Below are positions 37,788 to 47,573 of a DNA stretch of 64,000 nt, in pieces. Within the stretch, counting starts at the first letter, position 1. Each line of letters opens with the position of its first letter. The notes under the pieces were generated by a model, which was given only the letters and a program-made list of their open reading frames with translations, made no database searches and had not been told where the DNA came from. The stretch is taken from the NCBI GenBank assembly GCA_030648265.1, contig JAUSHX010000028.1, positions 249 through 64,248 on the forward strand, written 5' to 3'. This DNA is from a bacterium. Its GTDB lineage: Bacteria; Patescibacteriota; Minisyncoccia; Phycocordibacterales; UBA2100. The translations under genes and the position numbers were made by a program.

Positions 37788-37901
37788 TAAAGAAGTTGTT
37801 ATGAGCGAAGCGAATTACAAATTCTTTACCCAGCACCTTTCGCGAAAGGTGCTGGGTGTAAGATTTACTAAACTCATTATCATTCGTTAAGAAAATCTAA
37901 C
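37785..37901 (+). repeat. triple-hairpin intergenic element copy J
   Basis: Left arm ..ATGAGCGAAGCGAATTACAAATTCTTT. Central perfect 30-nt palindrome ACCCAGCACCTTTCGCGAAAGGTGCTGGGT (37828-37857). The right arm ends at the ilvC ATG. Confidence 0.85.
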
Positions 37902-38960
37902 ATGGCAAAAATTAATTTCGGCGGAGTGGTAGAAGATGTGATAACGCGCGAAGAATTCTCGCTAGATAAAGCGCGGGAGGTTTTAAAGAACGAAGTCGTA
38001 GCCGTCTTGGGCTACGGCGTACAGGGTCCTGCACAGTCCTTGAACATGCGCGACAACGGCATCAACGTTATCATCGGCCAGAAATCCGGAAGCTCTTCGT
38101 ACGATAAAGCAGTTAAGGACGGGTGGGTTCCCGGCAAGACGCTTTTCTCGCTTGAGGAAGCCGCGGAGAAGGGCACCATCATCCAGTATCTCGTTTCGGA
38201 TGCGGGACAAATGATGATATGGCCGAAAATAAAACCGCATCTCACGAAGGGCAAAGCACTGTATTTTTCTCACGGTTTTGGAATGGTGTTCAACGACCAG
38301 ACCGGCATTGTGCCGCCGAAAGATATTGACGTGATACTGGTGGCGCCGAAAGGTTCCGGCCGGAGCGTGCGCATCAATTTTCTCAATGGCAGCGGAATCA
38401 ACGCGAGCTACGCTATAGAACAGGATGCGACAGGGCACGCGCGTGAACGCGCAATTGCTCTCGGCATCGCGCTCGGCGCCGGCTACCTTTTCCCCACGAC
38501 ATTCGCCAACGAAGTAAACAGCGACCTCACCGGTGAACGCGGGATTCTCATGGGCGCACTCGCAGGCGTCATGGAAGCGCAATACAACGAACTGCGCAAA
38601 CATGGCCACTCTCCCAGTGAGGCGTTTAACGAAACAGTAGAGGAGCTCACGCAGAGTCTTATCCGCCTTGTCGGCGAAAACGGCATGGATTGGATGTACG
38701 CCAACTGTTCAACGACCGCCCAGCGGGGTGCCTTGGACTGGAAGCCCCGTTTCAGAAAGGCGGTAGAACCTGTTTTCAAAGATTTGTACGAAAGCGTGAA
38801 AACGGGAAATGAGGCGCGCATCACGCTCAAGGCCAACAGCCAGCCGGATTACAAAGAGAAACTTGCGGTGGAACTCGCGGAAATCCACGATTCTGAAATG
38901 TGGCAGACAGGCGCGGCGGTTCGTTCGTTACGACCGGAGAATTGGAAGAGAAATGCCTAA
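37902..38960 (+). CDS. ilvC: ketol-acid reductoisomerase (class I)
   Basis: VLGYGVQGPAQSLNMRDNG Rossmann motif, 352 aa. Confidence 0.9.
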   Translation: MAKINFGGVVEDVITREEFSLDKAREVLKNEVVAVLGYGVQGPAQSLNMRDNGINVIIGQKSGSSSYDKAVKDGWVPGKTLFSLEEAAEKGTIIQYLVSDAGQMMIWPKIKPHLTKGKALYFSHGFGMVFNDQTGIVPPKDIDVILVAPKGSGRSVRINFLNGSGINASYAIEQDATGHARERAIALGIALGAGYLFPTTFANEVNSDLTGERGILMGALAGVMEAQYNELRKHGHSPSEAFNETVEELTQSLIRLVGENGMDWMYANCSTTAQRGALDWKPRFRKAVEPVFKDLYESVKTGNEARITLKANSQPDYKEKLAVELAEIHDSEMWQTGAAVRSLRPENWKRNA

Positions 38961-38962
38961 AC

Positions 38963-40447
38963 GTGCATACGTCAAAGCCATTTATAACCCTTGAAGACGC
39001 AACCGTCCGATTGGACGGACACATTCTATTCAAGAATCTTAACTGGGAAATACGCAACGACCAGCAGTTGGCAGTTATTGGGCCAAATGGCTCGGGGAAA
39101 TCCGCGCTCATGAAAGTGCTGGCTGGCATTTTGCCTGCGGTCGGGGGTCGCATCGCCTATCATTTTTTGGATAAAGGGGAAGTGCCGCATGAACACATCA
39201 CATACGTGTCATTTGAGGAGCAGAGGGAGGCGCTTGGCCCCGAGGCATATCTTCAAGACCGTTGGAATGTGGGATTAAGTGAAGAAGCGCCGACTGTTTC
39301 TGATTTACTTTCGGAAAGTGGCGTAAAACACATGAACCCATTCGTTGTCGCACATGAAAAAGCGGATGCGACATTCTCCGGACGCAGACAAAAAATCATG
39401 CGGCAACTCGGTTTGAAACCGCTCTTGAAACGCACGCTCATGCAACTTTCCAACGGTGAGCGGCGCAAAGTTACTATCGCGCGGGCGCTTCTCAAAAATC
39501 CGTGTCTTCTCATTTTGGACAATCCGTTTGAGGGATTGGACGTGAGCTTCCGCGCGACACTGAAGAAGAATCTTGAAATCCTAATGAAAGGCGATATGCG
39601 CTTGATTATCGTGGGAACCGGCCGCGAAGAAATACCCGCGGGAATTACACACGTTCTGTGCATTAACGAAAATCATGAGGTTGCAACGGGAACGCGGAGA
39701 GAAATGCTGGAAAAGTTAAACATCGAAGGCAAGGAAAATATATCAAAGAAAGGTGCGCTGAAAAACATAAAGAAGAAAACGCGCCCGATATTGGTGCAGA
39801 TGAAAAATGTGAACATTACGTACAATCAAGTGCCAATTCTGCGAAAACTAAACTGGACGATACATGAGGGGGAGAGGTGGGCGCTCTTCGGCCCGAACGG
39901 CGCGGGGAAGACCACGCTTCTCTCTCTCATTCTCGGAGACAATCCGCAGGCATACGCCAACGACATAACGCTCTTCGGCAAGAAACGCGGGAGCGGCGAA
40001 AGCATCTGGGAAATCAAAAGAAAAATCGGTTGGGTTTCACCGGAGTTGCAATTGTATTATCCACCGGACGCGACATGTTTTGATGTGGTGTGCTCCGGAT
40101 TCTTTGACACAATCGGATTGTATAAAAGATGCACATCATCGCAACAAAAAACTGCGCGCTCGTGGCTCAAAGAACTTGTCCTCGGCGAGCTCGAAAAGAT
40201 TCCGTTCAAAGATATCTCGGAGGGAGAGGAACGGCTCGTGCTTCTCGCGCGCGCACTTGTAAAGAATCCCGCGCTTCTCGTCTTGGATGAACCGTGTCAG
40301 GGGCTTGATGCTGGAAACCGCGACCGCGTTCTTACGGCGGTTGATTTGGCGTGCAAAGATGTAACGGCGACGATGATTTATGTAACGCACCGCACCGACG
40401 AACTCCCGAAAGGCATCACCAACAAACTAGTCTTAAAGAAACGGTGA
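38963..40447 (+). CDS. ABC transporter ATP-binding protein with two NBDs (ModF-like)
   Basis: Two Walker A motifs (GPNGSGKS, GPNGAGKT) and two signature motifs (LSNGERRK, ISEGEERL). GTG 38963 is chosen to avoid overlap with ilvC. The ORF track opens at 38900. Confidence 0.75.
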   Translation: MHTSKPFITLEDATVRLDGHILFKNLNWEIRNDQQLAVIGPNGSGKSALMKVLAGILPAVGGRIAYHFLDKGEVPHEHITYVSFEEQREALGPEAYLQDRWNVGLSEEAPTVSDLLSESGVKHMNPFVVAHEKADATFSGRRQKIMRQLGLKPLLKRTLMQLSNGERRKVTIARALLKNPCLLILDNPFEGLDVSFRATLKKNLEILMKGDMRLIIVGTGREEIPAGITHVLCINENHEVATGTRREMLEKLNIEGKENISKKGALKNIKKKTRPILVQMKNVNITYNQVPILRKLNWTIHEGERWALFGPNGAGKTTLLSLILGDNPQAYANDITLFGKKRGSGESIWEIKRKIGWVSPELQLYYPPDATCFDVVCSGFFDTIGLYKRCTSSQQKTARSWLKELVLGELEKIPFKDISEGEERLVLLARALVKNPALLVLDEPCQGLDAGNRDRVLTAVDLACKDVTATMIYVTHRTDELPKGITNKLVLKKR

Positions 40448-40568
40448 AAAACCGCGAAAGCAAACAGGAAAGCGCAATCTCACGTCCCAAAATTAGTGCC
40501 CCATCATGCAATTAAGTATACCACCATGGATTGCGTGCCGCTAAAGAACGGTGTGTATATCTCGATAG

Positions 40569-40658
40569 CTATCCCATTACGACCTGTAACGTCTATGACG
40601 CTAGCTTATGCGGCCGCACTAGCTAGCGTTATATGTTGAATAGATAATGATGGGATAG
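40569..40658. repeat. 90-nt nested palindrome upstream of the ATP-grasp gene
   Basis: Outer stem CTATCCCAT/ATGGGATAG. Inner stem ACGCTAGCTTATGCGGCCGCACTAGCTAGCGT. Confidence 0.7.
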
Positions 40659-40703
40659 GTCTACACATCTCTCTATATGGTGTAGCATTAAGCGCACTTC
40701 ATC

Positions 40704-41888
40704 ATGAAAAAACAATGCCCGCACTGCGGCAACAACCCTGTTTCGCACTTTGCCGCTTGGGTGAACAACTCTTTCAGTGTTCCGGCGAACCGTTTCTACC
40801 TTGCTGTGTTCGGAAAGCTAGAACAGAAATTTGCCGGTTACCTGGTCAAACATGCATTTAATATATTCATCGCCACATTCCGCTTTTTCGGATTGATTAA
40901 GACTTACGACGACCCCCTCAAAGCTGGCACGACCCGCGGGAGAGTTTTGTGGGAAGAAGCACGGCGCCGCGGCATAGACATGAGAGGCCTCCTTTTCTTA
41001 GGACATCAAACCGATTCGTACATCGCGCGGGTGGCGGGACGAAAAATTTATTTTTCCGGCCTTCCGCGACCTGTTTACACGCGCTCCGGTTCCGATTGGT
41101 GGTTGGACGACAAAGCGATGCTGAAGGAGAAACTCGCGAGTGCTGGCATACCGGTGCCGGCAGGCGGAAGTTACTCGAGATACGATGCGCTCACTGCTAA
41201 ATTTGACGAGCTGAAAAAGCCGGTCGTCGTAAAACCGCAGCTCGGTTCTCGCGGAAGGCACACAACAACGCACATCTATACCAAAGAACAGTTGCGCACG
41301 ACATTCAATATTGCCAAGCAAATTTGTTTCTGGGTCGTCACGGAAGAGCATTTAGGAGGGAGCGTGTATCGGGCGACAATGATAGGAGGAAAACTCATCG
41401 GCGTGTTGCGCGGCGACCCGCCGCGCGTGAGAGGGGACGGCGTCCGCACCATCTCTCAGCTGGTGGAGGAGAAGAATAAAATACGGCATGAGAAAGTCTC
41501 TGAAATCGTTTTAGACGAGCGGCATCAGGATTTTCTCGCCCGTACCGGGCGCGACATTACAACGGTCCCTGCTTCCGGCGAAATCGTTGACCTTCTTGCA
41601 TCCATCGGCGTCGGCTATGGCGGACATAGCGCGGAAGTGACAGCAAAGACCAACGCCGAAACGAAAAAGATCTTGGAAATGGCGGCGGATGTCGTAGTGG
41701 ACCCGATGATCGGGTTTGATTTTATTATTCCCGATATTCAGGGTTCGCCCTCGGGGCAGCGCTGGGGAATCATTGAATGCAATTCAACGCCGTTCATCAA
41801 CCTGCATCACGACCCGGTAGAAGGGGAGCCAATCAACATCGCCAAGTATGTGTGGGATTATGTGGAAGGGAATCTTGATCGATATTAG
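40704..41888 (+). CDS. ATP-grasp enzyme (cyanophycin-synthetase/RimK-like) with N-terminal CxxC and hydrophobic region
   Basis: CPHCGNNP N-terminus. The VVVKPQLGSRGRHTT ATP-grasp pattern runs through to a C-terminal IECNSTP. Confidence 0.55.
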   Translation: MKKQCPHCGNNPVSHFAAWVNNSFSVPANRFYLAVFGKLEQKFAGYLVKHAFNIFIATFRFFGLIKTYDDPLKAGTTRGRVLWEEARRRGIDMRGLLFLGHQTDSYIARVAGRKIYFSGLPRPVYTRSGSDWWLDDKAMLKEKLASAGIPVPAGGSYSRYDALTAKFDELKKPVVVKPQLGSRGRHTTTHIYTKEQLRTTFNIAKQICFWVVTEEHLGGSVYRATMIGGKLIGVLRGDPPRVRGDGVRTISQLVEEKNKIRHEKVSEIVLDERHQDFLARTGRDITTVPASGEIVDLLASIGVGYGGHSAEVTAKTNAETKKILEMAADVVVDPMIGFDFIIPDIQGSPSGQRWGIIECNSTPFINLHHDPVEGEPINIAKYVWDYVEGNLDRY

Positions 41889-41922
41889 GATTCGGAGATT
41901 GTTTCGGTGGTATAGTAATTCC

Positions 41923-42927
41923 ATGGCGTTACGCACAGTGGGGCTCATTCCGGTTGTGTCGGCGATTGTCGGCAACGCTTTAGTCACGTTCATAAAAACG
42001 GGCGCAGCTCTCGTCAGTGGTTCAAGCGTCATGTTTTCCGAGGCGATACACAGTCTTGCCGACACGCTTAACCAGCTTTTTCTTCTTATTGGAGTCAAAC
42101 GTTCGTATAAAAAGTCTGATGATGCCTTTGGATACGGATATGGGCAAGAACGTTTTTTCTGGTCGCTTCTCTCGGCGTGCGGTATTTTTTTCGTTGGTGC
42201 TGGCGTCACTCTCTACAGCGGAATCGCTTCACTTATTCATCCTGAACCGATTGAAATACACCCGCTGGTTTTTTTTGTGCTTGCCGCATCGTTTGTAATT
42301 GAATCTTTGACGTTATGGATAGCGGCGCGCGGGCTGAAGAATTCGTACCCAAATGCAGCTTGGCGCGAACGGCTCGTACTTGCCGACCCCTCAACGCTCG
42401 CGGTTTATCTTGAAGATGGAGTCGCTCTCTTGGGTGTCGGCGTCGCGGCTTTGAGCATCGGCGCGTCCTACTATACGGGCAATGTTTTTTGGGATGGACT
42501 CGGTTCTATTCTCATCGGCATTCTTCTGGCCGCAACCGCAGTTATACTTATAAGGAAAAATCGCTCGTATATTCTAGGCCGTTCAATTCCCGAAGAGGAT
42601 CGCGAAGAAATAATCGCGGCGCTTGTAGCGGAGCCGTCTATAGAACGCGTACTTGATTTCAAATCAACAGTGCTCGGCATCGGCGTGTACCGCATTAAGT
42701 GCGAAGTAGAATTTAACGGCCCCGCACTCTTCAAAGAGGCATACCAGCGCAAATATCTGAAAGAGCAGTACGAAGAGGTGAAAAATGATTACGAAGCGTT
42801 CAAGCGCTTTTGCGTTGATTATGCCGACCGGATTCCGCGTCTCATGGGAAAGAAAATAGATGAGATTGAAATAATGCTCAAGAAACGTTTTCCTTCAGTA
42901 CGCCACATAGACATTGAGATTAATTGA
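41923..42927 (+). CDS. cation diffusion facilitator (CDF) transporter
   Basis: SSVMFSEAIHSLADTLNQ motif, six TM segments, and a C-terminal cytoplasmic domain. Confidence 0.75.
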   Translation: MALRTVGLIPVVSAIVGNALVTFIKTGAALVSGSSVMFSEAIHSLADTLNQLFLLIGVKRSYKKSDDAFGYGYGQERFFWSLLSACGIFFVGAGVTLYSGIASLIHPEPIEIHPLVFFVLAASFVIESLTLWIAARGLKNSYPNAAWRERLVLADPSTLAVYLEDGVALLGVGVAALSIGASYYTGNVFWDGLGSILIGILLAATAVILIRKNRSYILGRSIPEEDREEIIAALVAEPSIERVLDFKSTVLGIGVYRIKCEVEFNGPALFKEAYQRKYLKEQYEEVKNDYEAFKRFCVDYADRIPRLMGKKIDEIEIMLKKRFPSVRHIDIEIN

Positions 42928-42947
42928 AGTAGAATTTTCATATCCAC

Positions 42948-43352
42948 ATGTTCATCTTAAATCTTTTGACAATTCTTTTTGCGGGAATAATTTCCGCCCT
43001 CATAGGTTTTGTGTGGTATCACCCGCGTGTTTTCGGAGGTGCTTGGATGCGGTTGTCCAGTCTGACGCCGGAAGTGGTTGAGCGGGGGAAGCGTCGTATG
43101 CACGCGGATGAAATTCTGGCGCTGCTCGCTAGTATTCTTGCTGCGTTTGTATTGTTTTCGCTTGAGACAAAGCTCGGCATATACGATGCGAGAGGTGCCG
43201 TACAGCTCGGATTATTGGCGTGGGCCGGATTTGTTGTCCCGGCTCTTTCAGGGACGGTCTTATGGGAGCAAAGACCGATATCACTGTACATCATCAATGT
43301 TGGCTATTGGCTTGTTGCGTTCGTAACTATGGCTGTTATTGTAATCCTATAG
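42948..43352 (+). CDS. DUF1761-like membrane protein
   Basis: FVWYHPRVFGGAWMRL pattern, four TM segments. Confidence 0.55.
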   Translation: MFILNLLTILFAGIISALIGFVWYHPRVFGGAWMRLSSLTPEVVERGKRRMHADEILALLASILAAFVLFSLETKLGIYDARGAVQLGLLAWAGFVVPALSGTVLWEQRPISLYIINVGYWLVAFVTMAVIVIL

Positions 43353-43419
43353 AGATAGAGATGAAAATTGCAAATTTACCCTACTCCGCTAAAGCTACAG
43401 AAGGGCACGGTGCAGAATC

Positions 43420-43887
43420 ATGAATTGGAAACATACATTTCAGACGGTTCTCGTCCTCGCGGCGGCTGTAGTCATTATCGCGTCCATTTCACCGCACAAC
43501 GTCATTCCGGTTCCCGTGCCATCCGCAGAAACCGGCGCACGGATCATAAGGCTCGCGGGACAAGACGTTCGCGTATCGGTGGTTTCAACTCCTGAAGCGA
43601 GAACAAAGGGTCTTAGCGGACGAACGGGACTTGCAAGAGGCGAAGGAATGCTATTCATATTTAACTTGGACGCGAAATACGGGTTCTGGATGAAGGACAT
43701 GCTCTTCCCAATAGACATTCTATGGCTTTCCTCTGAAGGAAGGGTCGTGGATATGAGAGAGAGCGTCTCTCCGGCGACATATCCGGCTGTTTTCACCCCA
43801 AACTTGGGCGCGCGTTATGTTTTGGAGCTTTTTGCAGGGTTCGCCAGTGCTCATAATGTAAAAATAGGTGATTTTGTAGACCTATAA
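43420..43887 (+). CDS. DUF192-like secreted protein
   Basis: RTKGLSGR..GMLFIF...FWMKDMLFPIDILWL pattern with a signal anchor. Confidence 0.6.
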   Translation: MNWKHTFQTVLVLAAAVVIIASISPHNVIPVPVPSAETGARIIRLAGQDVRVSVVSTPEARTKGLSGRTGLARGEGMLFIFNLDAKYGFWMKDMLFPIDILWLSSEGRVVDMRESVSPATYPAVFTPNLGARYVLELFAGFASAHNVKIGDFVDL

Positions 43888-44009
43888 TCGCATACGGGAT
43901 CACCTTTTGGGTTTCTTGGTTGTGAGTCAGGAGTTGTCCACAGTTGTTGCTGGAAACATGGCCGCGGGATGCGCGATACAATTAACTTCTCTAACAAAAC
44001 GGATTCATT

Positions 44010-46391
44010 ATGCGCATGACGAATCAAAAAACGACAGTAAGAGTTGCAAGAAATGCGACTCGGGTTTCTATTTCTGCGAAAGCGGGAGCGGGCGGAGGAG
44101 CGGCTCTTCGCGTGTATAAAAAATATCTTCCTAACGTTCAAAAAAGAGACGGCCGTATCGTGCCGTTTGAATTTGACAAGGTGGTAAATGCTATTTACAA
44201 GGCGATGCTTGCGACGAATGAGGGCTCGGAAGACGAAGCAGTAGTGGTGGCGCACAAAGTTGCGGGCGAAATGATGCGGATTGCCAAAACGTATAAGAAC
44301 TTCCTGCCTACGGTTGAAGGATGCCAAGACGAAGTTGAACGCCAGCTCATTCTTGCCGACTACGCCGCCGCGGCGAAAGCATATATTCTCTATCGCGCGG
44401 AGAGAGCCAAGGTTCGCAAAGAGCAGGGAGCGGTGCCGGAGCATGTCCGTGCGCTCGCTGCAGAAAGCAAAAAGTATTTCAAGAATAATCCGCTCGGAGA
44501 ATTCGTGTATCTGCGTACGTACGCTCGTTGGATTGAAAGCGAGCAGAGGCGCGAGACGTGGATAGAGACAGTGGACAGATACGTCGGATTCATGAAAGAA
44601 AATCTCGGCGATAAACTCACGAAAAAAGAATATGCGGAAATCCGCGAGGCGATATTGAAACAGGAAGTCATGCCGTCAATGCGCGCGATGCAATTCGCCG
44701 GCGCTCCGGCGAAGAAGTGCAACACGTGTTTCTATAATTGTTCCTTCACTGCCCCTGTGAAATTGGAAGATTTCTCAGAAATAATGTATCTCTCAATGCA
44801 GGGATGTGGCGTGGGCTATGCAGTGGAAAGCCAGAATATTCAGCAGCTTCCGCAGATAGAAAAACAGACCGGAGAGAAGCTTGCGACCCACATTGTCGCC
44901 GACAACAAAGAGGGCTGGTGCGACTCGCTCACGCTCGGGCTCCGCACATGGTATTCGGGAAAGGACGTTGATTTTGATTTCTCTGTGATCCGTCCTGCGG
45001 GCTCGCGCCTGAAGACAATGGGCGGGAAAGCTTCCGGTCCGGAGCCGCTTCGCTCGTTGCTCGCATTTGCGCGCGAGCGGATATTAAGACGCCAAGGGCG
45101 ACGGCTTCGCAACATAGATGCGCACGACATCATTTGCAAAATCGGAGAGTGCGTAGTTGCCGGGGGCGTACGCAGAACCGCCATGATTTCTCTGTCGGAT
45201 TTGGATGACGTGGAGATTCGAGACGCTAAAAAAGGCCAGTTTTTCCTCACGGATCCGTACCGTTCAGTCGCCAACAACTCCGCCGTCTATGAGGTGAAGC
45301 CATCAAATGCGGAGCTCATGGATGAATGGGTGGCTCTGATGAAGAGCGGGACGGGAGAGCGCGGGATTTTCAATCGCGGCTCGCTTGAGAAAACGATGCC
45401 GGAACGCCGACAGAAGTTATTGCACAAAAAATACGGGAAACGTGGGAATTCTATCGGACAAGTCGGTACGAATCCTTGCGGAGAAATAATTCTGCAGTCC
45501 AAACAGTTCTGCAATCTATCGGAAGTTATTGCCCGCGCTGACGACACGGAAAAGACGCTTCTTCGCAAGGCGCGCCTCGCTACACTTCTCGGAACCTATC
45601 AGTCAACGCTCACAAATTTCAATTACATTTCCAAAGATTGGCAGAACAATTGTGAGGCGGAAAGGCTTCTCGGCGTATCAATCACGGGCCAGTGGGATTC
45701 TCCGGTGGTTCGCGATGCAAAAGTAATGCGCAAGATGCGTGCAGTTTCAATTAGGACGAATGCAACATACGCGAAGCGCTTCGGTATCAATGCTTCAACG
45801 TCTATCACGTGCGTGAAGCCTTCGGGTACTGTCTCGCAGACATTTAACTGCTCGTCGGGCATTCATCCGCGACACTCGCAGTACTACATTCGCCGTGTCC
45901 GCATCTCGGCGACCGATTCGCTCTACAAGATGATGCGTGACCAGGGCGTGCAAGCTTTCCCTGAAGTAGGGCAGAATGCGAATGAAGCGACGACGTTTGT
46001 TTTGGAATTTCCGGTTAAAGCCCCCAACGGTTCTCTCTACAAGAACGACCTAACGGCGATGGAACAGTTGGAGTATTGGAAAATGGTGAAATTGAATTTT
46101 ACCGAGCACAATCCCTCGGCAACGATTTCAGTAGGGGACGAGGAATGGGTTGCGGTCGTCGCGTGGATTTCCGACAACTGGGACATCATCGGCGGACTCT
46201 CATTCCTACCGCGCGAGAATCACGTGTATCGCCTCGCTCCGTACGAAACGATTGACAAGAAAACCTACGAAGCGCTCGCATCGAAATTCCCCGTCATTGA
46301 TTATTCAAAATTGATTATCTACGAGCGGACAGACGAGACCGAACAGGCGAAGGAATTGGCATGTGCCGGAGGGACGTGCGAGATTGTTTAG
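44010..46391 (+). CDS. nrdJ: adenosylcobalamin-dependent (class II) ribonucleotide reductase with ATP-cone
   Basis: ATP-cone VQKRDGRIVPFEFDKV, catalytic TNPCGEI, 793 aa. Confidence 0.8.
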   Translation: MRMTNQKTTVRVARNATRVSISAKAGAGGGAALRVYKKYLPNVQKRDGRIVPFEFDKVVNAIYKAMLATNEGSEDEAVVVAHKVAGEMMRIAKTYKNFLPTVEGCQDEVERQLILADYAAAAKAYILYRAERAKVRKEQGAVPEHVRALAAESKKYFKNNPLGEFVYLRTYARWIESEQRRETWIETVDRYVGFMKENLGDKLTKKEYAEIREAILKQEVMPSMRAMQFAGAPAKKCNTCFYNCSFTAPVKLEDFSEIMYLSMQGCGVGYAVESQNIQQLPQIEKQTGEKLATHIVADNKEGWCDSLTLGLRTWYSGKDVDFDFSVIRPAGSRLKTMGGKASGPEPLRSLLAFARERILRRQGRRLRNIDAHDIICKIGECVVAGGVRRTAMISLSDLDDVEIRDAKKGQFFLTDPYRSVANNSAVYEVKPSNAELMDEWVALMKSGTGERGIFNRGSLEKTMPERRQKLLHKKYGKRGNSIGQVGTNPCGEIILQSKQFCNLSEVIARADDTEKTLLRKARLATLLGTYQSTLTNFNYISKDWQNNCEAERLLGVSITGQWDSPVVRDAKVMRKMRAVSIRTNATYAKRFGINASTSITCVKPSGTVSQTFNCSSGIHPRHSQYYIRRVRISATDSLYKMMRDQGVQAFPEVGQNANEATTFVLEFPVKAPNGSLYKNDLTAMEQLEYWKMVKLNFTEHNPSATISVGDEEWVAVVAWISDNWDIIGGLSFLPRENHVYRLAPYETIDKKTYEALASKFPVIDYSKLIIYERTDETEQAKELACAGGTCEIV

Positions 46392-46586
46392 CATTTGCCC
46401 GCGCGTAAGCGCGGATGCAAATACTTAACCCGTTCACCATTTTCAGCGTGCGAACAGATTCAGAACGCCCACTGCCGATTGCGGTTTCTTAGACCAATAT
46501 TTATCAGCAAGATAGAAAGTGAGGAAATGGTGTCGGGTTTAAACAGGTTGTGGGGAATAGCTTCTAGCTGCTAGGAGGAAATACGA

Positions 46587-46634
46587 AAAGAGAAAGCCCG
46601 GTGAACCGAGTCTTTTTTCTCTCGATTCCTCCCG
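46587..46634. terminator. cassette terminator repeat, copy 1
   Basis: AAAGAGAAAGCCCGGTGAACCGAGTCTTTTTTCTCTCG. It is about 96 percent identical to 47165-47214. It lies directly 3' of the minus-strand ORF at 46640-46924. Confidence 0.6.
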
Positions 46635-46639
46635 GGCAG

Positions 46640-46924
46640 TCAGGGTAGAAGGTGCGAATAACCACCAACCCACCATGATGATCCGCGCATTGAATGTTCG
46701 CCGTCATCGATAATCAACAGAGTGTCACGACTCCGCAGTTTGCGGCCGCCGTCTTTTTCGCGGTCCATACGAGTACCATTCACGAATACCCGCAATGCCC
46801 TCGTCAAGCCAGTCCCCTTCTTTTTGAGGATCTCGTTAACCACTTTTCCCAATGTCCATGGAGCTTTCCGCTGGAAGCTGATGCTACCACCTTCTTGCGG
46901 CACGAACGTTGTGTTCTCTCTCAT
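46640..46924 (-). CDS. cassette ORF A, 94 aa, unknown function
   Basis: SD GGAGA lies 8 nt upstream of the ATG. It is flanked by the shared promoter/5'UTR and the shared terminator. Its tail ...SSWWVGG-YSHLLP is noted. Confidence 0.45.
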   Translation of the reverse strand: MRENTTFVPQEGGSISFQRKAPWTLGKVVNEILKKKGTGLTRALRVFVNGTRMDREKDGGRKLRSRDTLLIIDDGEHSMRGSSWWVGGYSHLLP

Positions 46925-46981
46925 GATTTTTATCTCCTGTGCGAAATAGCTCGACTAACCAGATGGTCTAGCCGTGTCGGC

Positions 46982-47010
46982 GCTATCTCAAAACGCAGAG
47001 AGAAAGTCAA
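46982..47010 (-). promoter_or_regulatory. cassette promoter A (TTGACT-17-GATAGC)
   Basis: The promoter plus ~60-nt 5'UTR is about 75 percent identical to the 47440-47468 region. Confidence 0.5.
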
Positions 47011-47104
47011 TCAAAAGAAAAAAGAGCCCTTTGGGGGCTCTTTTTTCATGTTCTGCGCAATAAGCCGGATTCTGTCGGGGACAGTCATTTATCTGGGATG
47101 ATTG
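47010..47104 (-). repeat. inverted duplicate of the rnpB 3' end (47061-47104) plus its terminator (47010-47057)
   Basis: Reverse complement CAATCATCCCAGATAAATGACTGTCCCCGACAGAATCCGGCTTA matches 47876-47919 with 1 mismatch. GCGCAGAACATGAAAAAAGAGCCCCCAAAGGGCTCTTTTTTCTTTT matches 48024-48069. Confidence 0.85.
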
Positions 47105-47109
47105 TAAAT

Positions 47110-47131
47110 TCTAGCAGTCTGACTGCTAAGA
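47110..47131. repeat. AGCAGTCTGACTGC palindrome copy
   Basis: TCTAGCAGTC-T-GACTGCTAAGA. Confidence 0.7.
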
Positions 47132-47164
47132 TTCCATTGTATCAAACCTTAGAAAGAAAAGGGA

Positions 47165-47214
47165 AAAAGAGAAAGCCCGGTGAACCGAGTCTTTTTTCTC
47201 TCGTTTCCTTCCGG
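47165..47214. terminator. cassette terminator repeat, copy 2
   Basis: See 46587-46634. It lies directly 3' of the minus-strand ORF at 47229-47390. Confidence 0.6.
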
Positions 47215-47228
47215 ACTTTTTTGCACCG

Positions 47229-47390
47229 TCATTTTTTCTTCGCAGGCGGACGCCGCCGCCGCGAAAAGATGCGGGACATCTCCCTCACCGTCTCGATTGA
47301 GGGGGGTGGAAGCGCTTTTGCATCTCGCATGGCCTCTTCCAGATCAACAGCATCAACGGCGGGTAACCGCCTTGGTTTGTTACGCTTCAT
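47229..47390 (-). CDS. cassette ORF B, 53 aa basic protein, unknown function
   Basis: MKRNKPRRLPAVDAVDLEEAMRDAK...RRRRPPAKKK. SD GAGGAG lies upstream. The ORF-track version (to 47468) runs into the promoter. Confidence 0.4.
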   Translation of the reverse strand: MKRNKPRRLPAVDAVDLEEAMRDAKALPPPSIETVREMSRIFSRRRRPPAKKK

Positions 47391-47439
47391 CGCAATCTCC
47401 TCAAATAACTCGACCAACCGATTGATTGACCGTGTCGGC

Positions 47440-47468
47440 AGTATCGCAAGTTGCAGAGAGAGAGTCAA
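47440..47468 (-). promoter_or_regulatory. cassette promoter B (TTGACT-17-GATACT)
   Basis: Paralogous to 46982-47010. Confidence 0.5.
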
Positions 47469-47538
47469 TCAAATGAAAAAGTACCGCAGCAGAACCCACG
47501 AGGTTTCACCTCGTGGGTTCTCAGACATCCAGACACAC

Positions 47539-47567
47539 TTGATATATTTGTCAACCTTTGATACACT
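47539..47567 (+). promoter_or_regulatory. candidate rnpB promoter (TTGATA-17-TACACT)
   Basis: The -10 hexamer ends 6 nt before the predicted P1 5' strand. Confidence 0.45.
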
Positions 47568-47573
47568 ACATAC

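Noticed and set aside
40600-40632. NotI (GCGGCCGC) and NheI (GCTAGC) sites as a cloning scar or vector remnant
   Set aside because: The sites are part of a larger natural-looking nested palindrome. There is no flanking vector-like sequence, and the surrounding genes are contiguous.
46640-46924. Assigning cassette ORF A as a ThiS/MoaD-like ubiquitin-type protein
   Set aside because: It rests only on a ..VGG motif six residues from the C-terminus and a loose VNG...LLIID pattern. That is insufficient without a profile or structure search.
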